Assembly (NCBI RefSeq): GCF_054482525.1
Contig: NZ_CM137006.1
Reading direction: 5' to 3' (one strand)
DNA length: 64,000 nucleotides
The position numbers and the translations under genes are program-made. Shown piece after piece: positions 39,576 through 51,143 of this stretch (its first letter is position 1; every line of letters starts with the position of its first letter). Under the pieces are notes generated by a model that did no database searches, was not told the origin of the DNA, and saw nothing but the letters and a program-made list of their open reading frames with translations.

Positions 39576-42302
39576 ATGGCTACAATTCATGTAGACGGCA
39601 AAGAATACGAGGTCAACGGAGCGGACAACCTGCTGGAAGCTTGTCTGTCTCTGGGCCTTGATATTCCTTACTTTTGCTGGCATCCGGCGCTGGGAAGCGT
39701 CGGTGCTTGCCGCCAGTGTGCGGTGAAGCAATACCAAAACGCGGAAGACACGCGTGGTCGCCTGGTGATGTCCTGTATGACACCGGCTTCCGATGGCACC
39801 TTTATTTCCATTGACGACGAAGAAGCGAAACAGTTCCGTGAAAGTGTGGTCGAGTGGTTAATGACCAACCACCCGCACGACTGTCCGGTATGTGAAGAGG
39901 GCGGTAACTGCCATCTTCAGGATATGACTGTGATGACCGGACACAGCTTCCGTCGCTACCGTTTCACCAAACGTACCCACCGTAATCAGGATTTGGGGCC
40001 ATTCATCTCTCACGAAATGAACCGCTGCATCGCCTGCTACCGCTGCGTGCGTTACTACAAAGATTACGCTGACGGCACGGACCTGGGCGTTTACGGTGCG
40101 CACGACAACGTCTACTTCGGTCGCCCGGAAGACGGCACGCTGGAAAGCGAATTTTCCGGTAATCTGGTCGAGATTTGCCCGACCGGCGTATTCACCGACA
40201 AAACGCACTCCGAGCGTTACAACCGTAAATGGGATATGCAGTTTGCGCCGAGCATCTGCCAGCAATGTTCCATCGGCTGTAACATCAGCCCCGGCGAGCG
40301 TTACGGCGAACTGCGTCGTATCGAAAACCGTTACAACGGTACGGTAAACCACTACTTCCTCTGCGACCGTGGTCGTTTCGGTTACGGCTACGTCAACCTG
40401 AAAGATCGTCCGCGTCAGCCAGTACAGCGTCGTGGCGATGATTTCATTACCCTCAATGCCGAACAGGCAATGCAGGGCGCAGCAGATATTCTGCGTCAGT
40501 CGAAGAAAGTGATCGGTATTGGTTCTCCGCGTGCCAGCGTGGAAAGCAACTTTGCGCTGCGTGAGCTGGTGGGCGAAGAAAACTTCTACACCGGTATCGC
40601 TCACGGTGAGCAGGAACGTCTGCAACTGGCGCTGAAAGTACTGCGTGAAGGCGGCATTTATACGCCGGCACTGCGCGAAATCGAATCTTACGATGCGGTA
40701 CTGGTGCTGGGCGAAGACGTTACCCAGACCGGCGCGCGCGTCGCGCTGGCAGTTCGTCAGGCGGTGAAAGGTAAAGCACGCGAAATGGCGGCAGCACAGA
40801 AAGTGGCTGACTGGCAGATTGCGGCAATCCTCAACATCGGTCAACGTGCTAAGCATCCGCTGTTTGTTACCAACGTTGATGACACCCGTCTGGATGATAT
40901 CGCGGCGTGGACTTACCGCGCACCGGTTGAAGATCAGGCGCGTTTAGGTTTTGCCATCGCCCATGCGCTGGACAACTCAGCACCAGCGGTTGACGGTATC
41001 GAACCTGAGCTGCAAAGCAAAATCGACGTCATCGTGCAGGCTCTGGCGGGGGCGAAGAAACCGTTGATTATCTCCGGGACGAACGCCGGCAGCGCTGAAG
41101 TTATTCAGGCGGCGGCTAACGTCGCAAAAGCCCTGAAAGGTCGCGGCGCTGACGTCGGTATCACCATGATTGCCCGTTCCGTCAACAGCATGGGGCTGGG
41201 CATTATGGGCGGTGGATCGCTTGAAGAAGCGTTAACCGAACTGGAAACCGGACGCGCCGACGCGGTGGTGGTGCTGGAAAACGATCTGCATCGTCACGCT
41301 TCCGCTACCCGCGTGAATGCTGCGCTGGCGAAAGCGCCGCTGGTGATGGTGGTTGACCATCAACGCACAGCGATTATGGAAAACGCCCATCTGGTACTTT
41401 CCGCCGCCAGCTTTGCTGAAAGCGACGGTACGGTAATTAATAATGAAGGTCGCGCCCAACGTTTCTTCCAGGTTTACGATCCGGCTTATTACGACAGCAA
41501 AACTGTCATGCTGGAAAGCTGGCGCTGGTTACACTCGCTGCACAGCACCCTGCTGAGCCGTGAAGTGGACTGGACGCAGCTCGACCACGTGATTGACGCT
41601 GTTGTGGCGAAAATCCCGGAACTGGCAGGTATCAAAGATGCTGCGCCGGATGCGACATTCCGTATTCGTGGGCAGAAACTGGCCCGTGAGCCGCACCGTT
41701 ACAGCGGTCGTACCGCCATGCGCGCCAACATCAGCGTTCATGAGCCGCGTCAGCCGCAGGATATTGACACCATGTTCACCTTCTCGATGGAAGGTAACAA
41801 CCAGCCGACCGCGCACCGTTCGCAAGTGCCGTTTGCCTGGGCACCGGGCTGGAACTCCCCGCAGGCGTGGAACAAATTCCAGGACGAAGTGGGCGGCAAA
41901 CTGCGCTTTGGCGATCCAGGTGTGCGTCTGTTTGAAACCAGCGAAAACGGTCTGGATTACTTCACCAGCGTACCGGCACGCTTCCAGCCGCAGGCAGGGA
42001 AATGGCGTATCGCGCCGTACTACCACCTGTTTGGCAGCGATGAATTGTCACAGCGTGCTCCGGTTTTCCAGAGCCGTATGCCACAGCCGTACATCAAACT
42101 TAACCCAGCGGATGCCGCGAAGTTGGGTGTGAACGCGGGCACTCGCGTCTCCTTTAGCTACGATGGCAACACGGTCACGCTGCCGGTTGAAATCGCCGAA
42201 GGGCTGACGGCAGGGCAGGTTGGCTTGCCGATGGGTATGTCCGGCATTGCTCCGGTGCTGGCTGGCGCGCATCTTGAGGATCTCAAGGAGGCACAACAAT
42301 GA
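39576..42302 (+). CDS. nuoG: NADH:quinone oxidoreductase subunit G
   Basis: 908 aa from ATG 39576 ([16 protein letters not shown] 7 nt upstream); track ORF begins 2 codons earlier; N-terminal 2Fe-2S/4Fe-4S Cys motifs. Confidence 0.95.
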
Positions 42303-43276
42303 GTTGGATATCACCGGAACTGATTGAGATCCTGCTGACCATCCTCAAAGCGGTGGTGATCCTGCTGGTGGTTGTCACCTGTGGGGCATTCATGAGCTTT
42401 GGCGAACGTCGCCTGCTGGGTCTGTTCCAGAACCGTTACGGACCTAACCGTGTTGGCTGGGGCGGTTCGCTCCAGCTGGTTGCGGACATGATCAAGATGT
42501 TCTTTAAAGAAGACTGGATCCCGAAATTCTCGGATCGCGTCATCTTTACCCTGGCACCGATGATTGCCTTTACCTCGCTGCTGCTGGCCTTTGCGATTGT
42601 GCCAGTCAGCCCAGGTTGGGTGGTTGCCGACCTGAACATCGGGATTTTGTTCTTCCTGATGATGGCCGGTCTGGCGGTCTACGCGGTGCTGTTTGCGGGC
42701 TGGTCAAGTAACAACAAATACTCGTTGCTGGGGGCGATGCGTGCTTCTGCGCAGACTCTGAGCTACGAAGTGTTCCTCGGGCTTTCCCTGATGGGCGTGG
42801 TGGCGCAGGCCGGTTCATTCAACATGACCGACATCGTCAACAGCCAGGCGCATGTGTGGAACGTCATCCCGCAATTCTTTGGTTTTATTACCTTTGCCAT
42901 CGCGGGCGTGGCGGTGTGTCACCGTCACCCGTTTGACCAGCCGGAAGCCGAGCAGGAACTGGCGGATGGTTACCACATTGAATATTCCGGTATGAAGTTC
43001 GGTCTGTTCTTCGTGGGTGAGTACATCGGGATTGTGACCATCTCTGCATTGATGGTGACGCTGTTCTTCGGTGGCTGGCAAGGCCCGTTGTTACCGCCAT
43101 TCATCTGGTTCGCGCTGAAAACCGCGTTCTTTATGATGATGTTCATTTTGATTCGTGCGTCGTTACCGCGTCCGCGTTATGACCAGGTAATGTCCTTCGG
43201 CTGGAAAATCTGCCTGCCGCTGACGCTGATCAACTTGCTGGTAACGGCGGCTGTCATTCTCTGGCAGGCGCAATAA
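42299..43276 (+). CDS. nuoH: NADH:quinone oxidoreductase subunit H
   Basis: 325 aa polytopic membrane protein; ATGA overlap with nuoG. Confidence 0.95.
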
Positions 43277-43290
43277 GGGGCAATAAGACC

Positions 43291-43833
43291 ATGACCTTAA
43301 AAGAATTGTTAGTAGGTTTCGGCACCCAGGTTCGTAGTATCTGGATGATCGGCCTGCACGCGTTCGCCAAACGCGAAACGCGAATGTACCCGGAAGAGCC
43401 GGTCTATCTGCCGCCCCGTTATCGTGGTCGTATCGTTCTGACCCGCGACCCGGACGGCGAAGAGCGTTGCGTAGCCTGTAACCTCTGTGCGGTAGCCTGC
43501 CCGGTCGGCTGTATCTCGCTGCAAAAAGCAGAAACCAAAGACGGTCGCTGGTATCCGGAATTTTTCCGCATCAACTTCTCACGCTGCATTTTCTGTGGCC
43601 TGTGCGAAGAAGCCTGTCCGACCACGGCGATTCAGTTAACCCCGGATTTCGAAATGGGGGAATACAAGCGCCAGGATCTGGTTTACGAGAAAGAGGATCT
43701 GCTGATCTCCGGTCCGGGCAAATACCCGGAATATAACTTCTACCGGATGGCAGGTATGGCAATCGACGGCAAAGATAAGGGCGAAGCAGAGAACGAAGCC
43801 AAGCCTATCGACGTCAAGAGCCTGTTACCGTAA
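43291..43833 (+). CDS. nuoI: NADH:quinone oxidoreductase subunit I (2x 4Fe-4S ferredoxin)
   Basis: 180 aa; two CxxCxxCxxxCP motifs ([24 protein letters not shown]). Confidence 0.96.
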
Positions 43834-43844
43834 GGAGAGGGGCA

Positions 43845-44399
43845 ATGGAGTTCGCTTTTTATATCTGTGGCCTGATAGCCATACTTGCGACCTTGCGAGT
43901 GATCACCCATACCAATCCGGTACACGCACTGCTGTACCTGATTATTTCGCTGCTGGCGATCTCAGGGGTGTTCTTCTCACTGGGCGCTTACTTTGCCGGT
44001 GCGCTGGAAATTATCGTCTACGCGGGTGCCATTATGGTGCTGTTCGTGTTCGTGGTGATGATGCTCAACCTGGGCGGTTCAGAAATTGAACAGGAACGCC
44101 AGTGGCTGAAACCGCAGGTGTGGATTGGTCCGGCGATTTTGTCGGCCATCATGCTGGTGGTGATTGTTTACGCCATCCTTGGTGTTAATGATCAGGGTAT
44201 CGACGGTACGCCAATCAGTGCTAAAGCAGTGGGTATTACGCTGTTCGGGCCTTACGTACTGGCGGTGGAACTGGCTTCTATGCTGCTGCTCGCGGGTCTG
44301 GTTGTGGCCTTCCACGTTGGTCGTGAAGAGCGAGCGGGTGAAGTGCTGAGCAATCGTAAAGACGACAGCGCGAAAAGAAAAACGGAGGAGCACGCATGA
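43845..44399 (+). CDS. nuoJ: NADH:quinone oxidoreductase subunit J
   Basis: 184 aa membrane protein. Confidence 0.95.
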
Positions 44400-44698
44400 T
44401 CCCCTTACAACATGGACTGATCCTCGCGGCAATCTTATTCGTTCTTGGCTTAACTGGTCTGGTTATCCGTCGCAATCTGCTGTTTATGCTGATTGGTCTG
44501 GAAATCATGATTAACGCCTCTGCGCTGGCCTTTGTGGTCGCCGGAAGCTACTGGGGCCAGACCGACGGTCAGGTGATGTATATTCTCGCCATCAGCCTCG
44601 CGGCGGCAGAAGCGAGTATCGGCCTAGCGCTGCTGCTGCAACTTCACCGTCGTCGCCAGAACCTGAACATCGATTCAGTAAGTGAGATGCGCGGATGA
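44396..44698 (+). CDS. nuoK: NADH:quinone oxidoreductase subunit K
   Basis: 100 aa, three TM helices; ATGA overlaps with nuoJ and nuoL. Confidence 0.95.
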
Positions 44699-46536
44699 AC
44701 ATGCTTGCCTTAACCATTATTTTGCCATTGATTGGCTTTGTCCTGCTGGCGTTCTCCCGTGGGCGCTGGTCTGAAAACGTCTCGGCGATCGTTGGCGTTG
44801 GCTCTGTAGGCCTGGCGGCACTGGTAACTGCCTTTATTGGCGTCGACTTCTTCGCTAACGGCGAGCAGGCATACAGCCAGCCGCTGTGGACATGGATGTC
44901 GGTAGGCGACTTTAACATCGGTTTTAACCTGGTGCTGGACGGCCTGTCGCTGACCATGCTCTCGGTGGTCACTGGTGTGGGTTTCCTTATTCACATGTAC
45001 GCCTCCTGGTATATGCGCGGTGAAGAGGGCTACTCTCGCTTCTTCGCTTACACCAACCTGTTCATCGCCAGCATGGTAGTTCTGGTGCTTGCCGACAACC
45101 TGCTGCTGATGTACCTCGGCTGGGAAGGCGTGGGCCTGTGCTCCTATCTGCTGATCGGTTTCTATTACACCGATCCGAAGAATGGCGCAGCGGCAATGAA
45201 AGCGTTCGTCGTGACCCGTGTGGGTGACGTCTTCCTCGCTTTCGCGCTGTTCATTCTTTACAACGAACTGGGCACCCTGAACTTCCGCGAAATGGTGGAA
45301 CTGGCACCAGCGCACTTTGCTGACGGCAATAACATGCTGATGTGGGCGACGCTGATGCTGCTGGGCGGTGCGGTCGGTAAATCTGCGCAGTTGCCGTTGC
45401 AGACATGGCTTGCCGACGCGATGGCGGGCCCGACGCCTGTCTCCGCGCTGATCCACGCCGCAACGATGGTAACCGCGGGTGTCTACCTGATCGCCCGTAC
45501 CCACGGCCTGTTCCTGATGACGCCGGAAGTTCTGCATCTGGTGGGCATTGTTGGGGCGGTTACGCTGCTGCTGGCCGGTTTTGCGGCGCTGGTACAGACC
45601 GACATCAAACGTGTTCTCGCTTACTCTACCATGAGCCAGATTGGCTACATGTTCCTCGCGCTTGGCGTACAGGCATGGGATGCGGCGATTTTCCACTTGA
45701 TGACTCACGCGTTCTTTAAAGCGCTGCTGTTCCTGGCATCCGGTTCCGTCATTCTGGCCTGCCATCACGAACAGAACATCTTCAAGATGGGCGGTCTGCG
45801 TAAATCTATTCCGCTGGTTTATCTCTGCTTCCTGGTGGGCGGCGCAGCACTGTCGGCACTGCCGCTGGTCACTGCGGGCTTCTTCAGTAAGGATGAGATC
45901 CTCGCGGGTGCGATGGCGAATGGTCATATCAATCTGATGGTGGCTGGTCTGGTCGGTGCGTTTATGACCTCGCTCTACACCTTCCGTATGATTTTCATCG
46001 TCTTCCACGGAAAAGAACAAATTCACGCTCACGCCGTGAAAGGGGTAACTCACAGCCTGCCGCTGATTGTGCTGCTGATCCTTTCCACCTTCGTTGGCGC
46101 ACTGATTGTACCGCCGCTGCAGGGCGTGCTTCCGCAAACGACGGAGCTGGCGCACGGCAGCATGTTGACCCTGGAAATTACCTCTGGTGTGGTCGCGGTG
46201 GTCGGCATTCTGCTGGCAGCCTGGCTGTGGCTGGGTAAACGTACTCTGGTGACCTCCATCGCCAACAGTGCGCCGGGCCGTCTGCTGGGCACCTGGTGGT
46301 ACAACGCCTGGGGCTTTGACTGGCTGTACGACAAAGTGTTCGTCAAGCCGTTCCTGGGTGTTGCCTGGTTGCTGAAACGCGATCCGCTGAACTCAATGAT
46401 GAACATCCCGGCTGTCCTTTCCCGCTTTGCAGGTAAAGGTCTGCTGTTAAGCGAGAACGGTTATCTGCGCTGGTATGTGGCATCCATGAGCATCGGTGCG
46501 GTCGTGGTGCTGGCACTGTTGATGGTACTGCGTTGA
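44695..46536 (+). CDS. nuoL: NADH:quinone oxidoreductase subunit L (antiporter-like)
   Basis: 613 aa polytopic membrane protein. Confidence 0.95.
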
Positions 46537-46556
46537 GTTGTTGGCTGAGTGAATAT

Positions 46557-46575
46557 ACCCGGCGTTGCGCCGGGT
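46557..46575 (+). other. GC-rich tri-loop hairpin in the nuoL-nuoM intercistronic spacer
   Basis: ACCCGGCG-TTG-CGCCGGGT, 8-bp stem, 21 nt after the nuoL stop; no U-tract. Confidence 0.5.
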
Positions 46576-46766
46576 CTGTGAACTAAGAATAAATTTTAGG
46601 TAACTGTTCCTGAAGTACAGGCGTCATCGGCGAAGTCAGACCGGATACCGCCAGCGCACAGCAACCGGAGCGTACTTAAGTACGTGAGGATTGCGAGCAC
46701 TGCCGGGATTCGGGCTGGCGAGTGAGATAGCCTGAGCAGGAGTAAATATAAGGGACATACTTAGCT

Positions 46767-48296
46767 ATGTTATTACCCTGGTTAATACTAATCCCCTTTA
46801 TCGGCGGCTTCCTGTGCTGGCAGACCGAACGCTTTGGCGTCAAGGTGCCGCGCTGGATCGCGCTGATCACCATGGGATTGACGCTGGCGCTGTCGCTGCA
46901 ACTGTGGTTGCAGGGCGGTTATTCACTGACGCAATCCGCCGGAATTCCGCAGTGGCAGTCTGAATTCGACATGCCGTGGATCCCGCGTTTTGGTATCTCT
47001 ATCCATCTCGCCATTGACGGGCTATCGCTGCTGATGGTCGTGCTGACCGGTCTGCTCGGTGTGCTGGCGGTACTCTGTTCGTGGAAAGAGATCGAAAAAT
47101 ATCAGGGCTTCTTCCACCTCAACCTGATGTGGATCCTGGGCGGCGTTATCGGCGTGTTCCTTGCCATCGACATGTTCCTGTTCTTCTTCTTCTGGGAAAT
47201 GATGCTGGTGCCGATGTACTTCCTGATCGCACTGTGGGGGCATAAAGCCTCTGACGGTAAAACGCGTATCACGGCGGCAACCAAGTTCTTCATTTACACC
47301 CAGGCGAGTGGTCTGGTGATGTTGATCGCCATCCTGGCGCTGGTTTTTGTTCACTACAATGCGACTGGCGTCTGGACCTTCAACTATGAAGAGCTGCTGA
47401 ATACGCCAATGTCTAACGGCGTGGAATATTTGCTGATGCTGGGCTTCTTCATCGCGTTTGCGGTGAAAATGCCGGTGGTACCGCTGCATGGCTGGCTGCC
47501 GGATGCGCACTCACAGGCTCCGACCGCCGGTTCCGTGGACCTCGCGGGGATCTTGCTGAAAACCGCCGCTTACGGTCTGCTGCGTTTCTCCCTGCCGCTG
47601 TTCCCGAACGCGTCGGCAGAGTTCGCGCCAATCGCTATGTGGCTGGGTGTTATCGGCATCTTCTACGGTGCGTGGATGGCCTTCGCCCAGACCGATATCA
47701 AACGTCTGATCGCCTACACCTCGGTTTCCCACATGGGCTTCGTGCTGATTGCTATCTATACCGGCAGCCAGTTGGCCTACCAGGGCGCGGTAATCCAGAT
47801 GATTGCGCACGGCTTGTCGGCGGCGGGTCTGTTTATTCTCTGCGGTCAGCTTTATGAACGTATCCATACCCGCGACATGCGCATGATGGGCGGTCTGTGG
47901 AGCAAGATGAAATGGCTGCCAGCACTGTCACTGTTCTTTGCGGTGGCAACGCTTGGGATGCCTGGCACCGGTAACTTCGTCGGCGAATTTATGATTCTGT
48001 TCGGCAGCTTCCAGGTTGTCCCGGTGATTACCGTTATCTCTACCTTTGGGCTGGTCTTTGCATCTGTTTATTCGCTGGCGATGTTGCATCGCGCTTACTT
48101 CGGTAAAGCGAAAAGCCAGATTGCCAGCCAGGAACTGCCAGGGATGTCGCTGCGTGAGCTGTTTATGATCCTGTTGCTGGTGGTGCTGCTGGTACTGCTG
48201 GGCTTCTATCCGCAGCCGATTCTGGATACCTCGCATTCCGCGATTGGCAATATCCAGCAGTGGTTTGTTAATTCCGTTACTACTACAAGGCCGTAA
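46767..48296 (+). CDS. nuoM: NADH:quinone oxidoreductase subunit M (antiporter-like)
   Basis: 509 aa; follows a 230-nt spacer after nuoL. Confidence 0.95.
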   Translation: MLLPWLILIPFIGGFLCWQTERFGVKVPRWIALITMGLTLALSLQLWLQGGYSLTQSAGIPQWQSEFDMPWIPRFGISIHLAIDGLSLLMVVLTGLLGVLAVLCSWKEIEKYQGFFHLNLMWILGGVIGVFLAIDMFLFFFFWEMMLVPMYFLIALWGHKASDGKTRITAATKFFIYTQASGLVMLIAILALVFVHYNATGVWTFNYEELLNTPMSNGVEYLLMLGFFIAFAVKMPVVPLHGWLPDAHSQAPTAGSVDLAGILLKTAAYGLLRFSLPLFPNASAEFAPIAMWLGVIGIFYGAWMAFAQTDIKRLIAYTSVSHMGFVLIAIYTGSQLAYQGAVIQMIAHGLSAAGLFILCGQLYERIHTRDMRMMGGLWSKMKWLPALSLFFAVATLGMPGTGNFVGEFMILFGSFQVVPVITVISTFGLVFASVYSLAMLHRAYFGKAKSQIASQELPGMSLRELFMILLLVVLLVLLGFYPQPILDTSHSAIGNIQQWFVNSVTTTRP

Positions 48297-48302
48297 ATCG
48301 CC

Positions 48303-49760
48303 ATGACAATAACTCCACAAAACCTGATCGCACTGCTACCGTTGCTGATCGTCGGCTTGACGGTGGTGGTTGTGATGCTCTCCATTGCGTGGCGACGCAA
48401 TCATTTCCTCAACGCTACGCTCTCGGTTATTGGGCTTAACGCGGCGCTGGTTTCGCTCTGGTTTGTCGGCCAGGCGGGCGCTATGGACGTTACGCCACTG
48501 ATGCGCGTTGATGGTTTCGCCATGCTTTACACCGGGCTGGTATTGTTGGCGAGCCTCGCCACCTGTACTTTCGCCTACCCGTGGCTTGAAGGCTATAACG
48601 ACAACAAGGACGAGTTCTACCTGTTGGTGTTAATTGCCGCGCTGGGCGGGATCCTGCTGGCGAATGCCAACCATCTGGCGTCTCTGTTCCTCGGTATCGA
48701 ACTGATCTCTTTGCCGCTGTTTGGCCTGGTCGGTTACGCTTTCCGCCAGAAACGTTCGCTGGAAGCCAGTATCAAATACACCATTCTCTCTGCCGCAGCG
48801 TCTTCTTTCCTGCTGTTTGGTATGGCGCTGGTGTATGCGCAGTCTGGCGACCTGTCGTTTGTCGCGCTGGGTAAAAACCTCGGCGACGGTATGCTCAACG
48901 AGCCGCTGTTGCTGGCAGGTTTCGGACTGATGATTGTTGGCCTCGGCTTCAAACTCTCTCTGGTGCCGTTCCACCTCTGGACGCCAGACGTATACCAGGG
49001 CGCGCCTGCGCCGGTTTCCACTTTCCTGGCGACGGCGAGCAAAATCGCTATCTTCGGTGTGGTGATGCGTCTGTTCCTCTACGCACCGGTGGGTGACAGC
49101 GAAGCGATTCGCGTGGTGCTGGCGATTATCGCCTTTGCCTCCATCATCTTCGGTAACCTGATGGCGCTGAGCCAGACCAATATCAAACGTCTGCTCGGTT
49201 ACTCATCTATCTCTCACCTCGGCTATCTGCTGGTGGCGCTGATTGCGCTGCAAACTGGCGAGATGTCGATGGAAGCGGTAGGGGTTTACCTGGCCGGTTA
49301 TCTGTTCAGCAGCCTAGGCGCGTTCGGCGTGGTCAGCCTGATGTCCAGCCCGTATCGTGGCCCGGATGCTGATTCCCTGTTCTCTTACCGCGGTCTGTTC
49401 TGGCATCGTCCGATCCTCGCGGCGGTGATGACGGTGATGATGCTGTCTCTGGCCGGTATCCCGATGACGCTGGGCTTTATCGGTAAGTTCTACGTGCTGG
49501 CGGTCGGTGTCCAGGCACACCTGTGGTGGCTGGTGGGTGCCGTGGTTGTCGGTTCGGCAATCGGCCTCTACTACTACCTGCGCGTGGCGGTGAGCCTGTA
49601 TCTTCACGCCCCGGAACAACCGGGTCGCGATGCACCATCAAACTGGCAGTACAGCGCGGGCGGTATCGTGGTGCTGATCTCTGCACTGTTGGTACTGGTG
49701 CTGGGTGTATGGCCACAACCGCTGATTAGCATTGTGCGGTTAGCCATGCCGCTGATGTAA
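48303..49760 (+). CDS. nuoN: NADH:quinone oxidoreductase subunit N (antiporter-like)
   Basis: 485 aa; last gene of operon, followed by an intrinsic terminator. Confidence 0.95.
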
Positions 49761-49783
49761 GCTGTCAGTTCGTAAGTCAGAAA

Positions 49784-49811
49784 GCCGCCGACATGTTCGG
49801 CGGTTTTTTTT
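49784..49811 (+). terminator. Intrinsic terminator of the nuo operon
   Basis: CCGCCGA-CATGT-TCGGCGG followed by T8 (49804-49811), 25 nt after the nuoN stop. Confidence 0.8.
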
Positions 49812-50523
49812 GTGCACAGAAAACCCCCAGCTAGGCTGGGGGTTCCGGAAAGCTTTCAGCTTTAAGCCAGTTATTAAAACCCCTTTTGATTTGTTAAAAC
49901 ACCTTGCGGTCTGGCAACTGCAAGTGTCAAACAAGAAATCAAAAGGGGGTCCCAATGGGGAACGAAAAGAGCTTAGCGCACACCCGATGGAACTGTAAAT
50001 ATCACATAGTTTTTGCGCCAAAATACCGAAGACAGGTGTTCTACAGAGAGAAGCGTAGAGCAATAGGCAGTATTTTGAGAAAGCTGTGTGAGTGGAAAAG
50101 TGTACGGATTCTGGAAGCTGAATGCTGTGCAGATCATATCCATATGCTTGTGGAGATCCCGCCCAAAATGAGCGTATCCGGCTTTATGGGATATCTGAAA
50201 GGGAAAAGCAGTCTGATGCTTTACGAGCAGTTTGGTGATTTGAAATTCAAATACAGGAACAGGGAGTTCTGGTGCAGAGGGTACTACGTCGATACGGTGG
50301 GTAAGAACACGGCGAAGATACAGGATTACATAAAGCACCAGCTTGAAGAGGATAAAATGGGAGAGCAGTTATCGATTCCCTATCCGGGCAGCCCGTTTAC
50401 GGGCCGTAAGTAACGAAGTTGGATGCAAATGTCAGATCGTGTGCGCCTGTTAGGGCGCGGCTGGTAAGAGAGCCTTATAGGCGCATTTGAAAAACCTCCG
50501 GCTATGCCGGAGGATATTTATTG
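49812..50523 (+). mobile_element. IS200-like insertion sequence (IS200/IS605 family), about 0.7 kb; boundaries approximate (+/- 15 bp)
   Basis: Single 152-aa TnpA ORF of the HUH/Y1 type; subterminal hairpins at both ends (49824-49842 CCCCCAGC-TAG-GCTGGGGG; 50495-50513 CCTCCGG-CTATG-CCGGAGG); no terminal inverted repeats, as expected for this family; size matches IS200. Confidence 0.75.
49955..50413 (+). CDS. tnpA: IS200 transposase TnpA (HUH single-strand DNA transposase)
   Basis: 152 aa from ATG 49955 (MGNEKSLAHTRWNCKYHIVFAPKYRR...); HuH motif in ADHIHMLVEIPP; conserved Tyr in the C-terminal part; track ORF begins at an upstream in-frame start at 49904. Confidence 0.9.
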   Translation: MGNEKSLAHTRWNCKYHIVFAPKYRRQVFYREKRRAIGSILRKLCEWKSVRILEAECCADHIHMLVEIPPKMSVSGFMGYLKGKSSLMLYEQFGDLKFKYRNREFWCRGYYVDTVGKNTAKIQDYIKHQLEEDKMGEQLSIPYPGSPFTGRK

Positions 50524-50537
50524 GTGCCCTGACCCCA

Positions 50538-51041
50538 TCACCCAACAATAACCGTCAGCGCATGATTCCCTTGTCGCAGCATACGTCGATACGCACTAAT
50601 CAGCTTTTCCATATCAAGCATGATCGAAGCAAAGAGTTGCCCCTCTAACTCTTCTGAAAAAGTCACACCAGGGTAAATCTCCATTTCATTGAGTCGTTTA
50701 ATGGAAAACTGTTTACGCAGCTCACTTCGATCCAGAGCTTCCAGTCGGTCGATTGTCGCGGCTAACTCCTGATTCCAGGTCAATCCCAGGAAGCCATCTA
50801 TGCCATCTTCGAGGTTGTGTTCACCAAGCACGGCACGACTCAGCGGATCATTCTTCGCGGGATCAAAAGCAGAGGTGCCTGTCAGGCCAAAATGTAAAAA
50901 ATCCCAGCGTTTATCAATATCCAGTCGGTGTAATCCTGAAAGCGTGTCATGAATATTGTCCATTAAGGGTTTTTCAGTAGACTCAAGCAGTTGGTTAATC
51001 TTTTCTGAGTCAATTTCTGCAAAATAGCCAATCATTCCCAT
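50538..51041 (-). CDS. yfbM: Uncharacterised protein YfbM (DUF1877)
   Basis: 167 aa; recognised YfbM sequence (MGMIGYFAEIDSEKINQLLE...). Confidence 0.88.
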   Translation of the reverse strand: MGMIGYFAEIDSEKINQLLESTEKPLMDNIHDTLSGLHRLDIDKRWDFLHFGLTGTSAFDPAKNDPLSRAVLGEHNLEDGIDGFLGLTWNQELAATIDRLEALDRSELRKQFSIKRLNEMEIYPGVTFSEELEGQLFASIMLDMEKLISAYRRMLRQGNHALTVIVG

Positions 51042-51143
51042 TTTATTTTCCTCCGTTGAATTTCATGTTTCGCATCTTAAAACAGACGAGGGAAAATAAA
51101 ATGTACATGTCGCTTTTTCTGGACTCGCCTCGAGAAATTTTTA

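Noticed and set aside
44710-46155. 481-aa minus-strand ORF antisense to nuoL
   Set aside because: Arg/His/Gln-rich low-complexity translation opposite a conserved membrane subunit gene; no RBS or start context; mirror-frame artefact.
49810-49998. 62-aa plus-strand ORF across the IS200 left end
   Set aside because: Overlaps the IS200 left-end hairpin and the TnpA start region in a different frame; this region of IS200 is structured leader RNA, not coding.
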